Positions 18,669-27,901 of a DNA stretch of 64,000 bases are shown piece after piece; within the stretch, counting starts at the first letter, position 1, and every line of letters starts with the position of its first letter. Source of the stretch: Candidatus Methanomethylophilaceae archaeon (GTDB taxonomy: Archaea; Thermoplasmatota; Thermoplasmata; Methanomassiliicoccales; Methanomethylophilaceae); the NCBI GenBank assembly GCA_050944155.1, contig JBMNQN010000005.1, positions 26,398 through 90,397 of the forward strand, read 5' to 3'. The notes under the pieces were generated by a model. It saw only the letters and a list, made by a program, of their open reading frames with translations, did not search any database and had not been told where the DNA came from. The position numbers and the translations under genes are program-made.

Positions 18669-19679
18669 GTGCCCGCTTTGGAAATACCGGAAGAGGACGC
18701 GTCATCCGTGATACCCATGCTGATTTCTTCCGGAATCGCCGACCGCACCGCAAAAATCTCTTCGAGAGGAAATTACAGAATAGTGCCGATTGTCAGAGAA
18801 AGAATGCCGGACGCGGAAGCGCTGGGATACGGTATGACCGAAACCGAAGCGCATTCTCTGGAAAGAAGAACTCCCATGGAGCGGATTTACGACATGCTGG
18901 CACATCTTCCTTCCGAGGTCAGGGACAGCCTTCCCAGAAAGTGGGAATACGTGGGAGAAATCGTCATTCTCAAACTCGGTAGTCCGTGCGTTCCGTACAG
19001 AGAAGAAATCGGAAAAGCGTACGCTTCCGTACTCGGAGCGTCGACGGTGTGTGCGGACATCAAAGGAATTTCAGGGGAATTCAGAAGACCCAGTACCGAA
19101 ATAATATACGGCAGCACTACGGAATCGGTAAGGCTGGAAAACGGAATACTGTACGATTTCGACGTAACGGAAGTGATGTTTGCTTCCGGAAACACGGACG
19201 AAAGAATGCGCATGAGAAACACCGACTGCAAGGGGGAAACGGTTGTGGACATGTTCGCGGGAATAGGCTATTTCACGCTCCCCATAGCCAAGTATTCCGG
19301 CGCGAGAAGGGTATTCGCGTGCGAGAAAAATCCCGATTCCTACGGATACCTTCTGAAAAACATAAAACTCAACGGAGTATCCGACACAGTGATTCCGATT
19401 CTGGGTGACAACCGGTACATTCCCGGGAAGAAATTTGCCGATAGGATACTCATGGGATACGTTCAGAAAACTTCGGAATTCGTTCCCAAAGCATTGGAAA
19501 TGATACGTCCGGGGGGAATAATCCATTACCACGATACTTTCGCGGTCGGAACCCAGGAACGGAGAATAGACGAAATATTTTCCGGACTGTGCGGATACGA
19601 AGTACTGGGTATAAGGGAAGTGAAATCCTTCGCCCCCTCCGTTTCCCATTATGTGGCGGACATCAGAATTTCAGACTGA
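18669..19679 (+). CDS. Trm5/Taw2-family SAM-dependent tRNA modification enzyme (more like Taw2)
   Basis: MFASGN..ER.R, VDMFAGIGYF, CEKNP, ADRILMG, IIHYH; lacks the Trm5 NLP motif. Confidence 0.85.
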   Translation: MPALEIPEEDASSVIPMLISSGIADRTAKISSRGNYRIVPIVRERMPDAEALGYGMTETEAHSLERRTPMERIYDMLAHLPSEVRDSLPRKWEYVGEIVILKLGSPCVPYREEIGKAYASVLGASTVCADIKGISGEFRRPSTEIIYGSTTESVRLENGILYDFDVTEVMFASGNTDERMRMRNTDCKGETVVDMFAGIGYFTLPIAKYSGARRVFACEKNPDSYGYLLKNIKLNGVSDTVIPILGDNRYIPGKKFADRILMGYVQKTSEFVPKALEMIRPGGIIHYHDTFAVGTQERRIDEIFSGLCGYEVLGIREVKSFAPSVSHYVADIRISD

Positions 19680-21173
19680 TTCTCCGGAACTGCAGGCCGT
19701 CAGCATAGTGTTCATGTTGCTTCTGTAAGATGCGGGGTCCGATTCTATCAGCATTTTTGCGAAAGGAACCAGATATTCCATGAAACCGGTTTCTTCCTTC
19801 GACATGGTGAAGGGGTATTTCGCCGAAGGATCGCATGCCGCGAGAAACGCCGCGGAAATCGAACGGGAGCGGCTGTCCTTTGCGAAAGAGCGGTCCAAAG
19901 AACCCAGAACGAGTTCCGCGCCTCCGACCTTTGCGGCCTTTGCCAAAGAGTCGCACATAACCGTAATCGGACCGGGTCTGCTGAAGGTCGGCAGAGCACC
20001 GGAAACATCCGCCAGAACATATCTCTTTCTCGCATCCGCCAGAACGTCCGAGGGAACGCTTTTGGAAACGTCTCCCATTTCGGCCGCAATCTCCGCCGAA
20101 GTGCTGAGTTCGATTATTTTGGAGTAATTGTTTTCCCAAAGGGCCGTCAGAGCTTCGTTGGATCTTTCCGTTCTTATGACCACGGGAACGGGATTCGCCG
20201 ACAGGAATCTGCGGAGGGATTCGACATCCTCTGCGGGTCCTTTGAGTTCGGACAGGAATTTTTCCAGATTCGAACCGTAATTCTGTTTTCCTATTATGTA
20301 CGTGGCGTCGCCGCTGCTTTTCAGATCTCCCATTCCGGTTTTCATAACCGATTCTATGAGGCTTCTGTCGGTAGTTTTGCCGGCGGCATACTTTTTCAGG
20401 TCTTCCCCGGTAATCGGAACTCTTCCGTCCTCTCCTTCTTTACGGTACTTGTGTACGACCGCCACCTCGAAATCGTCCAGAGGATCGACGGCCGATATTC
20501 TGGAAATGAGGAACTGAAGGGTGGAAATGTCTTTGGCGCATTCGGAACAGATACGGACTGTTTCGCCGAGGGATTTTATTTTGATACGGACGGACGCAAG
20601 GGCTTCGTGTCCGCAGTCCAATCCGTCGTTTTTGAATTTATACGGTGTTTCGCCGAACGTATCGCAGAGATAATCTTCCGGCATGTTCCTGGTATCCGAA
20701 CATACCAGGTCGTCTCCGAAAGAGTAGAGATAAAGGTGGTTTTTCTTGACGAACGTGTTGTAAAGCATCAGGCGCTTTTTCGGGTCGTTGTGATACTGAC
20801 AGCCAATCAGCTTGTCCGCACCCACCGTTCCCCTGACGGCATAAGAAATTTTTTCATCGCCCAGTTTGGCGGTTGCGAGCAGAGGAATGTTTCCGGCGGC
20901 GGCGAGAGAAATCGTTCCCGCATACGCTCTCGCTATGTCGTCTCCGCCTTTCGACGCACTCTTTATCAGCGTATCGGCGTCGCCCGCATGAGTCGAAATA
21001 ATATCTATTTCTTTGAAAACTTTGTCGAAATGGCATTTCCTGCAGTTTCCCGCGCACATGGGTCTCAAAATCCCGGGATTCGCCGCCAGCTCCGAAGAAC
21101 AATCCAAGAGTTCGTCTTCCAATCTTTTGGAAGTGTGGCGTACACCTCTCATCCTGACGCGTTTCCTTGCCAT
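19671..21173 (-). CDS. Conserved hypothetical protein with Cys/His clusters (500 aa)
   Basis: Long ORF with a GGAGGT RBS; CAGNCRKC and CGH...ICSEC motifs. Confidence 0.75.
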   Translation of the reverse strand: MARKRVRMRGVRHTSKRLEDELLDCSSELAANPGILRPMCAGNCRKCHFDKVFKEIDIISTHAGDADTLIKSASKGGDDIARAYAGTISLAAAGNIPLLATAKLGDEKISYAVRGTVGADKLIGCQYHNDPKKRLMLYNTFVKKNHLYLYSFGDDLVCSDTRNMPEDYLCDTFGETPYKFKNDGLDCGHEALASVRIKIKSLGETVRICSECAKDISTLQFLISRISAVDPLDDFEVAVVHKYRKEGEDGRVPITGEDLKKYAAGKTTDRSLIESVMKTGMGDLKSSGDATYIIGKQNYGSNLEKFLSELKGPAEDVESLRRFLSANPVPVVIRTERSNEALTALWENNYSKIIELSTSAEIAAEMGDVSKSVPSDVLADARKRYVLADVSGALPTFSRPGPITVMCDSLAKAAKVGGAELVLGSLDRSFAKDSRSRSISAAFLAACDPSAKYPFTMSKEETGFMEYLVPFAKMLIESDPASYRSNMNTMLTACSSGESV

Positions 21174-21248
21174 ACAACCTCCAACGGCGAAGTAGGTAAT
21201 AATCTGCTTGGTCAGCGGGCTGAAATAATCGGTCGGGGATTACCGTAC

Positions 21249-21746
21249 ATGGATTGTGAGGAACTGCACGAAAGAAACGTAAGGGAGTTCCTGGCAAAAC
21301 CCCCGTTCGGATACCGGAACATTCCCTCCGGACAAATCGGACTGTTCGCTTCCGCTTTCGTGCACGACAGCTATTCCAACGAATCGGGAGCAATCAGCAA
21401 CGAACGCCTCGAATTTCTCGGTGACGCGGTTCTGGAACTGGCGGCCTGCCGTTACGTGTACTCCCTGACGGATTACGGCGAAGGAAAAATGACCGATTTC
21501 AAGCAGAGCATAGTATGCAACCGCAGAATTTCGGAATCTTTGATTTCCTACGGTTTGGATATCGACGGCATAATGATGGTGGGCAACGGTCACAGAGATT
21601 AGGTTACCGGAATTCCGATTGTGAACGAAAACATGAGGGCGGACGCTTTTGAGGCACTGCTTGCCGCAATATATCTGACGTACGGTTTCGAAGAAGTTTT
21701 CAGAATAGTCCGGGATATTCTGATCGATCCGAAAAGGAACGGTTAA
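21249..21746 (+). CDS. rnc: Ribonuclease III catalytic-domain protein (no dsRBD) with an in-frame TAG at 21600-21602, probably pyrrolysine
   Basis: HDSY...NERLEFLGDAVL before the TAG; in the same frame after it, VTGIPIVNENMRADAFEALLAAIYL...G, then TAA at 21744-46; 165 aa in total. Confidence 0.88.
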
Positions 21747-21756
21747 CTAAGACACG

Positions 21757-21765
21757 TATATAAAA
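21757..21765 (+). promoter_or_regulatory. TATA box of the AMP-pathway operon
   Basis: TATATAAAA about 22 nt upstream of the GTG at 21787. Confidence 0.55.
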
Positions 21766-21786
21766 AGAGAAGGAGATTTCGGGGAC

Positions 21787-22710
21787 GTGACGGCAGCAGA
21801 GAAAACGGCAGAAGACATAAAAAGCATGAAAATCCGCGGTGCGGGGAGAATTGCCCGCGCATCCGCCGCGGCGATGGGAGACTTTGCGGAAAATTACACG
21901 GGCGGCAGTCTGGAAGATTTCCGTAAAGAAGCCGGGAAGAACGCAGAGATACTCATAGCCTCCCGTCCCACTGCGGTATCCCTCTGGAACGGCGTCAAAG
22001 CGTCGATGAAGGGACTCGAGGACGCTTCCGATCTGAACGAGGCGAAGGAACTCGTACGCAGAAACTCGGAAGCATTCGTCAAAGCCTCGTCCGAAGCCGT
22101 GGACAGGATAGCGAAAATAGGCGCCAAGAGAATCGAATCCGGCGACGTCGTGATGACCCACTGCAACAGCAGTGCGGCTCTGGGCGTAATCAAGGAAGCG
22201 CACAGGCAGGGAAAGGAATTCGAAGTCTACGCGACCGAGTCCCGTCCATGGAGGCAGGGAATACTGACGGTCAGAGAACTTGCCGCCGAAGGAATCCCCG
22301 TCACGATAATCATAGACAGCGCCGTGAGAACCGTTATGAAAAAGACCGACAAAGTTTTCGTGGGAGCCGATACGATAACTTCGCACGGCGCACTGGTAAA
22401 CAAAATCGGGACGTCACAGCTGGCACTTGCTGCCCACGAAGCCCGCGTTCAGTTTTACGTATGCAGCGAAACGTACAAATTTTCGCCTGCGACGATTTTC
22501 GGAGATCTGGTCACCATAGAAGAAAGAGATACCGGGGAAGTGGTGCGCGACGGAGAGATCCCCGATTCCGTGAAGATATTCAATCCTGTGTTCGACAGTA
22601 CTCCGGCGGCATACATCGACGCAATCATAACCGAAGTGGGGGTAATCCACCCCGGCTCCGTTTACGAGATAATGGTCGGACAACTGGGAAGAAATATATT
22701 CGGAGAGTGA
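21787..22710 (+). CDS. Ribose-1,5-bisphosphate isomerase (eIF2B-like)
   Basis: IRGAG.IA, RPTAVSL, THCNS, ESRP..QG, VGAD, NKIGT, NPVFD.TP; sits next to rbcL and AMP phosphorylase. Confidence 0.92.
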   Translation: MTAAEKTAEDIKSMKIRGAGRIARASAAAMGDFAENYTGGSLEDFRKEAGKNAEILIASRPTAVSLWNGVKASMKGLEDASDLNEAKELVRRNSEAFVKASSEAVDRIAKIGAKRIESGDVVMTHCNSSAALGVIKEAHRQGKEFEVYATESRPWRQGILTVRELAAEGIPVTIIIDSAVRTVMKKTDKVFVGADTITSHGALVNKIGTSQLALAAHEARVQFYVCSETYKFSPATIFGDLVTIEERDTGEVVRDGEIPDSVKIFNPVFDSTPAAYIDAIITEVGVIHPGSVYEIMVGQLGRNIFGE

Positions 22711-22714
22711 AAAT

Positions 22715-23956
22715 ATGACGGAATATTCTTATCTGCATTTGGGAGACGAAGCGGACCCGCATACCGACGTGGTCTGCAGATATAAAGTAACAACCGACCT
22801 GCCAATCGAAAAGGCGGCGGAAGCCATAGCGGCGGAACAGTCCACCGGAACGTGGACGGGAATATCGACCCTCACGGGCTCCATTCTGGAAAAGTACGGC
22901 GCAAGAGTTCTTGCCATAGAGGGAAACGAAGTAACCGTGGCGTTCCCGGACGCGGATTTCAGCATCGATGTGGGAGGAGTTCCGCAGATACTCAGCGTCA
23001 TTGCGGGAAACCTCTTCGGCCTGGAAGCGCTGAAAGGCGTAAGGCTCGAAGACGTCGAATTTCCGACGAGCATAAAGTCCCAGTACAAAGGTCCCAGGTT
23101 CGGAGACGAAGGACTCCGTAAAATACTGAACAGACCCGAGAAGCCGCTTATCGGAACCATAGTCAAACCGAAGATAGGGCTTTCTCCGAAGGAAACCGCC
23201 AAGTACGTTTACGAAGCGGGCGCGGGAGGGCTCACCAACGGCAAGGACGACGAGACGCTCGTGAATCAGAAATTCTGTCCCATGCAGGACCGTACCGTCG
23301 CAATCGCCGAATCCCTGGACAGACTGGCGTCAGAGGGCCACAGAATGATTCACGCAATCAACGTGAGCACAAACGGCGACAAAATTCTGGAAGTCGCGGA
23401 AAAAGCTCAGGAATGGGGAGCCTCGCAACTCATGGTGGACGTTATCACCTGCGGATTCGGAGCGGTTCAGGCTCTGGCCGAAGACCCGTCGATAAAGGTC
23501 CCGATTCACGTTCACAGAACCATGCACGGAGCCATGACCAAAAATCTGGACCACGGAATCGCCATGCTTCCTATGGTGAAACTGGTAAGAATGTGCGGAG
23601 GAGACGCTCTCCACATAGGAACCCTCGGAGCCGGAAAGATGACCGGCGACGTGAAAGGCGACCACGACAACCTGGACGCATGCCTCGATCCGTCCCAGCC
23701 CTACAGAAAAGTCATGCCCGTATGTTCCGGCGGAGTTTATCCCGGAATGCTGGAGAAGATGGTGAAATCTTCCGGATTCAACGTTCAGATACAGGCGGGA
23801 GGAGGCGTTGCCGGCCATCCCGGAGGAGTGAGAAAGGGCGCAATGGCAATGAGCCAGGCGATAGATTCCATATTCGACGGAATCCCCCTGAAAGAATACG
23901 CAAAAACCCACAAAGAGCTGTCTCAGGCTCTCGACAAATGGGGACTGAAAGAATGA
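22715..23956 (+). CDS. rbcL: RuBisCO large subunit, form III-like
   Basis: EQSTGTW, GN, KPKIG, KDDE, HRTMHG, HIGT..GKM, SGG, QAGGG. Confidence 0.9.
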   Translation: MTEYSYLHLGDEADPHTDVVCRYKVTTDLPIEKAAEAIAAEQSTGTWTGISTLTGSILEKYGARVLAIEGNEVTVAFPDADFSIDVGGVPQILSVIAGNLFGLEALKGVRLEDVEFPTSIKSQYKGPRFGDEGLRKILNRPEKPLIGTIVKPKIGLSPKETAKYVYEAGAGGLTNGKDDETLVNQKFCPMQDRTVAIAESLDRLASEGHRMIHAINVSTNGDKILEVAEKAQEWGASQLMVDVITCGFGAVQALAEDPSIKVPIHVHRTMHGAMTKNLDHGIAMLPMVKLVRMCGGDALHIGTLGAGKMTGDVKGDHDNLDACLDPSQPYRKVMPVCSGGVYPGMLEKMVKSSGFNVQIQAGGGVAGHPGGVRKGAMAMSQAIDSIFDGIPLKEYAKTHKELSQALDKWGLKE

Positions 23957-25467
23957 AGCTTAAAGTGAAATATTACGACCTGGACTCGTCCGAACCCACG
24001 GTACTGCTCCATGACGACGACTGCATAGAAATCGGAGTCAAAGAGAACGACAGGGTGAAGATAGTCAACGGAAAAGGAATGGCCAGGGCTTTGGTCAGCA
24101 GATCCGACACCCTTGTTGAAAAGGGAACTATTATGATGCCCGGAAATCTGATGAAGATTACCGGTTCGGAGGAAGGCGACACCGTAGACGTCGATTACGC
24201 TTCGGCACCGGAATCCGTGAGAACCATCCGCAAGAAAATGGATGGTCTGGCACTTACCGACGACGAGATTCACGGCGTAGTTATGGACATACTGGAAAAC
24301 AAGCTCTCCAAAATCGAAGTATCCGCCTGGCTCACCGCCCTCTACATAAACGGAATGAACATCGACGAGATTGCCGACTTTGCGTCTTCCATGGTGGACA
24401 CGGGAGAACGCATAATCTTCGACAGAAAACCCGTATTCGACTTCCACAGCATGGGCGGAGTTCCCGGAAACAAGGTGACCCCGATAGTGGTTTCCATAGT
24501 CGCCGCCGCGGGACTCATGCTTCCGAAAACGTCCTCCCGTGCGATAAGCAGCGCATGCGGAACTTCCGATTTCGTGGAAACTTTCTGCGATGTGGCTCTT
24601 TCCGCCGAACGTCTCAAAGACATCGGAGAACGCGTCGGAGGAACTCTGGCCTGGGGCGGAGCGATCAATCTGGCACCGGTGGACGACATCGTCATTAAAA
24701 TCGAACATCCGCTGGGAATAAACCCCAGACCCCAGATGCTTGCGTCGATACTCAGCAAAAAAATGGCAATCGGTGCGGAGTATCTTCTCATGGACATTCC
24801 CATGGGAGCGGGTACGAAAGTTCCCGACATAGAGACGGCACGTGCGTACGCCAGGGATTTCATGGATCTGGGCGAGAAGCTCGGTATGCACATAGAGTGC
24901 GCAATCACTTACGCGGACCAGCCTGTAGGAAACGCCATAGGCCCCAATCTGGAAGCCCGGGAATGCATCCGCATACTGGAAGGAGACCCGCACCCAGCCA
25001 GCGTTGCTGAGAAAGCCTGCGACCTGGCCGGAATAATTCTGGAAATGGGAGGAATACGCGAAGGAAAGACAAGAGCCAGAGAGCTGCTTGCATCCGGCGC
25101 GGCCATGAAGAAATTCAGAGAAATCGTTAAGGCTCAGGGCGGAGACTACGATATCAAATCCGACGACCTGAAACCCGGAAAGTTCAAAACCGAAATCAAA
25201 TCGACCAAGAGCGGGTACGTGCACGCGATAAGAAACAAGGATATCGTGGCCATCGCAAAGGCAGCGGGTTCCCCCAACGACAAAGGCGCTGGATTGATTC
25301 TGTTCCGTAAAAAGGGACAGAGAGTGGAGGCGGGAGACGTCCTCATGGAAATATACGCCGACAACAAGGCGAAACTGGAACGCGCGAAAGACCTTGCCGA
25401 AAGATACCAGCCGATGGATATCGAAGGAATGCTTCTGAAGCACATCACCGTGCCCAAAGCCAGGTAA
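23953..25467 (+). CDS. deoA: AMP phosphorylase (archaeal nucleoside monophosphate phosphorylase)
   Basis: HSMGGVPGNK, PKTSSRAISS..GT, SKK, DIP.G...K, IGP.LEA; ATG at 23953. Confidence 0.93.
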   Translation: MKLKVKYYDLDSSEPTVLLHDDDCIEIGVKENDRVKIVNGKGMARALVSRSDTLVEKGTIMMPGNLMKITGSEEGDTVDVDYASAPESVRTIRKKMDGLALTDDEIHGVVMDILENKLSKIEVSAWLTALYINGMNIDEIADFASSMVDTGERIIFDRKPVFDFHSMGGVPGNKVTPIVVSIVAAAGLMLPKTSSRAISSACGTSDFVETFCDVALSAERLKDIGERVGGTLAWGGAINLAPVDDIVIKIEHPLGINPRPQMLASILSKKMAIGAEYLLMDIPMGAGTKVPDIETARAYARDFMDLGEKLGMHIECAITYADQPVGNAIGPNLEARECIRILEGDPHPASVAEKACDLAGIILEMGGIREGKTRARELLASGAAMKKFREIVKAQGGDYDIKSDDLKPGKFKTEIKSTKSGYVHAIRNKDIVAIAKAAGSPNDKGAGLILFRKKGQRVEAGDVLMEIYADNKAKLERAKDLAERYQPMDIEGMLLKHITVPKAR

Positions 25468-25476
25468 AGGGCGGAG

Positions 25477-26286
25477 ATGAGGTATTTCTGTTTCACCGTG
25501 GACGTGGACAGGGATGCCAACATCCCGGTTCCGGGAGAAATCTGCGCCGGGTCCGCGGACAGAGGAAAGGGGATATCGCCCAGATTCGAAGCTTCTGCGA
25601 CAGGTCTCGAAATCCTGACGGAACTCCTGGATGAAATCGGCGTTCCCGCGACTTATTTCGCCGAAGGCAGAACCCTGCAGAACGTCGGCGGACGCAATCT
25701 GATCGGACGCGAAGTGGGCATTCACGGATACGAACACGAGGATTTCACGGGACTGTTCCCTCCGGGAGGAAAAAGGGATGCCGTGACGAAGGTGATGGAT
25801 GTCGCGGAAGACATCACGGGCAAAAGACCCAGATGTTCGAGAATGCCTTACATGAAAACATCTCCGGAAGTGCTTTCCATACTTTCGGAAGAAGGAATCC
25901 TTTACGATTCCTCCGTTTACGCTGGACTGGAAAAAAGGATGATTCCGCACCGGGAGGAAGGGGTGACGGAAATACCAGTACCCGTCGGAAAGGACAAATC
26001 GGGAAAGAAAATATACGGATACCTTTGGCCCATGCACGAAAAGAAGCGTCCGTGGGAGGATTACGTAGACGCGGCATCGTTTATGGAAGAAGGAATTTTC
26101 GTTCTCGCAACACACAGCTGGCACATGACGGAATTTTGCGGCGGAGGGAGCATGACGGAAAAATACGCCGCAGAAAATCTCGAAAACGTCAGGAAAGTTC
26201 TCGAAGGAATTCTGGATTCCGGATACGAAGCGAAAACGATTCCCGAAGCCGCAGAAATCTTCGGGGACGGCCGTTCGCGTCCATAA
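25477..26286 (+). CDS. Polysaccharide deacetylase (NodB-like) family protein
   Basis: FTVDVD, ATYF, EVGIHGYEH, RMPY, YDSS, HSW. Confidence 0.82.
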   Translation: MRYFCFTVDVDRDANIPVPGEICAGSADRGKGISPRFEASATGLEILTELLDEIGVPATYFAEGRTLQNVGGRNLIGREVGIHGYEHEDFTGLFPPGGKRDAVTKVMDVAEDITGKRPRCSRMPYMKTSPEVLSILSEEGILYDSSVYAGLEKRMIPHREEGVTEIPVPVGKDKSGKKIYGYLWPMHEKKRPWEDYVDAASFMEEGIFVLATHSWHMTEFCGGGSMTEKYAAENLENVRKVLEGILDSGYEAKTIPEAAEIFGDGRSRP

Positions 26287-26318
26287 TGAATATAAGGGGC
26301 AGTTCGTTCTAAGTGCGC

Positions 26319-27215
26319 ATGGTTGCGGAACTTATCTCGGGTAAGGAGATATCTCAGGAAATTTACGGGGAGCTGAGGACAAGGATAGAGAACCTCAAAT
26401 CCAAAGGATTCACTCCCGGTCTTGCGGTTGTGCTCGTGGGCGACGACCCGGCATCCCACACTTATGTGAGAATGAAGGGGAAGAAATGCGAAGAACTCGG
26501 CATGGTTTCCAAAACGATCATTATGCCCGAATCGTCCACCGAAGCGGAAGTTCTCGACACCGTAAAAAAACTCAACGAAGACCCGGAAATCCACGGTTTT
26601 CTGGTTCAGCTGCCGCTGCCCGGACATATAGACGAAAAGAAAGTCATAAATTCGGTAAATCCGGACAAGGACGTCGACTGTTTCCACCCCTTTAACGTGG
26701 GAAAGATGATGATCGGAGAACCCGACTTCCTTCCCGCGACTCCGGCCGGGGTGCAGCAGATGCTTATCAGGTCCGGAATAGAAACCAAAGGCAAACATGT
26801 CGTAGTAATCGGCCGCAGCAACATCGTGGGAAAACCCATGGCCGCAATCATGATGCAGAAAGGAAAGGGAGCCGATTCCACGGTCACCGTCGTTCACTCC
26901 AAAACGGAGAATATGAAATCGATAACCCTCCAGGCGGATATTCTGGTTGTTGCGATAGGCCGTCCGAAATTCGTAACCGCCGACATGGTCAAAGAAGGCG
27001 CGGTCGTTATAGACGTAGGAACCAACCACATACCGGATCCGACTTCCAAAAAGGGAACGCGTCTTGTCGGTGACGTGGATTTCGAAAACGTTAAAGAGAA
27101 GGTATCGGCGATAACCCCCGTTCCCGGCGGCGTCGGTCCGATGACAATATGCATGCTCATGTCCAACACCGTCGCTGCGGCGGAGAAGGCTTACGAGAGG
27201 AAGTGTAACGAATGA
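26319..27215 (+). CDS. folD: Methylene-THF dehydrogenase/cyclohydrolase
   Basis: YVRMK, VQLPLP, KDVD, GRSNIVGKP, TPVPGGVGPMT. Confidence 0.96.
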   Translation: MVAELISGKEISQEIYGELRTRIENLKSKGFTPGLAVVLVGDDPASHTYVRMKGKKCEELGMVSKTIIMPESSTEAEVLDTVKKLNEDPEIHGFLVQLPLPGHIDEKKVINSVNPDKDVDCFHPFNVGKMMIGEPDFLPATPAGVQQMLIRSGIETKGKHVVVIGRSNIVGKPMAAIMMQKGKGADSTVTVVHSKTENMKSITLQADILVVAIGRPKFVTADMVKEGAVVIDVGTNHIPDPTSKKGTRLVGDVDFENVKEKVSAITPVPGGVGPMTICMLMSNTVAAAEKAYERKCNE

Positions 27216-27901
27216 TACGCGAGTGCGAAGAACACGGATATTTCCGTGGCGAAGAGTGCCCGCTCTGCGGAGAAGAAGGCAAATTCATAATGAGCGACTA
27301 CGAAGTCGAGAGGCTCGGCAGAAGCATGGCCGCAATCCTCAGACACGCCAACGGCGAACCCAACATGGACATACAGGGCTTCGTCGACATCAGGGAACTG
27401 GTTTCCATGATAAGGGCCAAGGACGAACGCAGGTGGAAATGGCTCAGACCCAGGCACATAGAAGCCATGGTCATGACCGACCCGAAAGGGAGATACCAGA
27501 TTGCGGGAGCAGACGTGAGAGCCACCTACGGTCACACGATTCCCCTGGAACTGGGTCTTTCCACCGAAAACATTCCCGAAGAGCTGTATTATCCCGTAAC
27601 CGAAGAAGAGCTGGAGGACGTAATGGAATCCGGACTCGTACCGGGCGACAGGACTATGGTTCACCTTTCGCTGACGTACGACGATGCGATAGTGGCCGGT
27701 TCGGTTCATTCGGAAGTGCCGATAATAATCGCCGTGGATACGGCTGCCTGTTCCGAAGCGGGTTATCCCATCGGCAGGGCGTCCCGGACGGTATTCCTTT
27801 GCGATGCAGTTCCGGCCGACTGCATATATGTCGCCGAGGAACCTGAAAACGATTACGGGGAAGAAGACGAAGATTACGAGAACGACGAAGGAGAAAATTG
27901 A
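27212..27901 (+). CDS. kptA: RNA 2'-phosphotransferase (Tpt1/KptA) with an N-terminal Zn ribbon and acidic tail
   Basis: CEEHGYFRG..CP.C, LRH, DPKGRY, RATYGHT, VHLS. Confidence 0.9.
   Translation: MIRECEEHGYFRGEECPLCGEEGKFIMSDYEVERLGRSMAAILRHANGEPNMDIQGFVDIRELVSMIRAKDERRWKWLRPRHIEAMVMTDPKGRYQIAGADVRATYGHTIPLELGLSTENIPEELYYPVTEEELEDVMESGLVPGDRTMVHLSLTYDDAIVAGSVHSEVPIIIAVDTAACSEAGYPIGRASRTVFLCDAVPADCIYVAEEPENDYGEEDEDYENDEGEN

Noticed and set aside
21249-21602. Reading rnc as a simple nonsense pseudogene ending at the TAG
   Set aside because: The downstream frame is intact, holds the catalytic motif and ends at a natural length, and the lineage is known to use pyrrolysine. Pseudogene status is less likely but not excluded.
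21603-21630. Possible PYLIS-like hairpin after the amber codon (CGGAATTCCG palindrome, 21608-17)
   Set aside because: The stem is short and weak, and such an element is not required for Pyl insertion.
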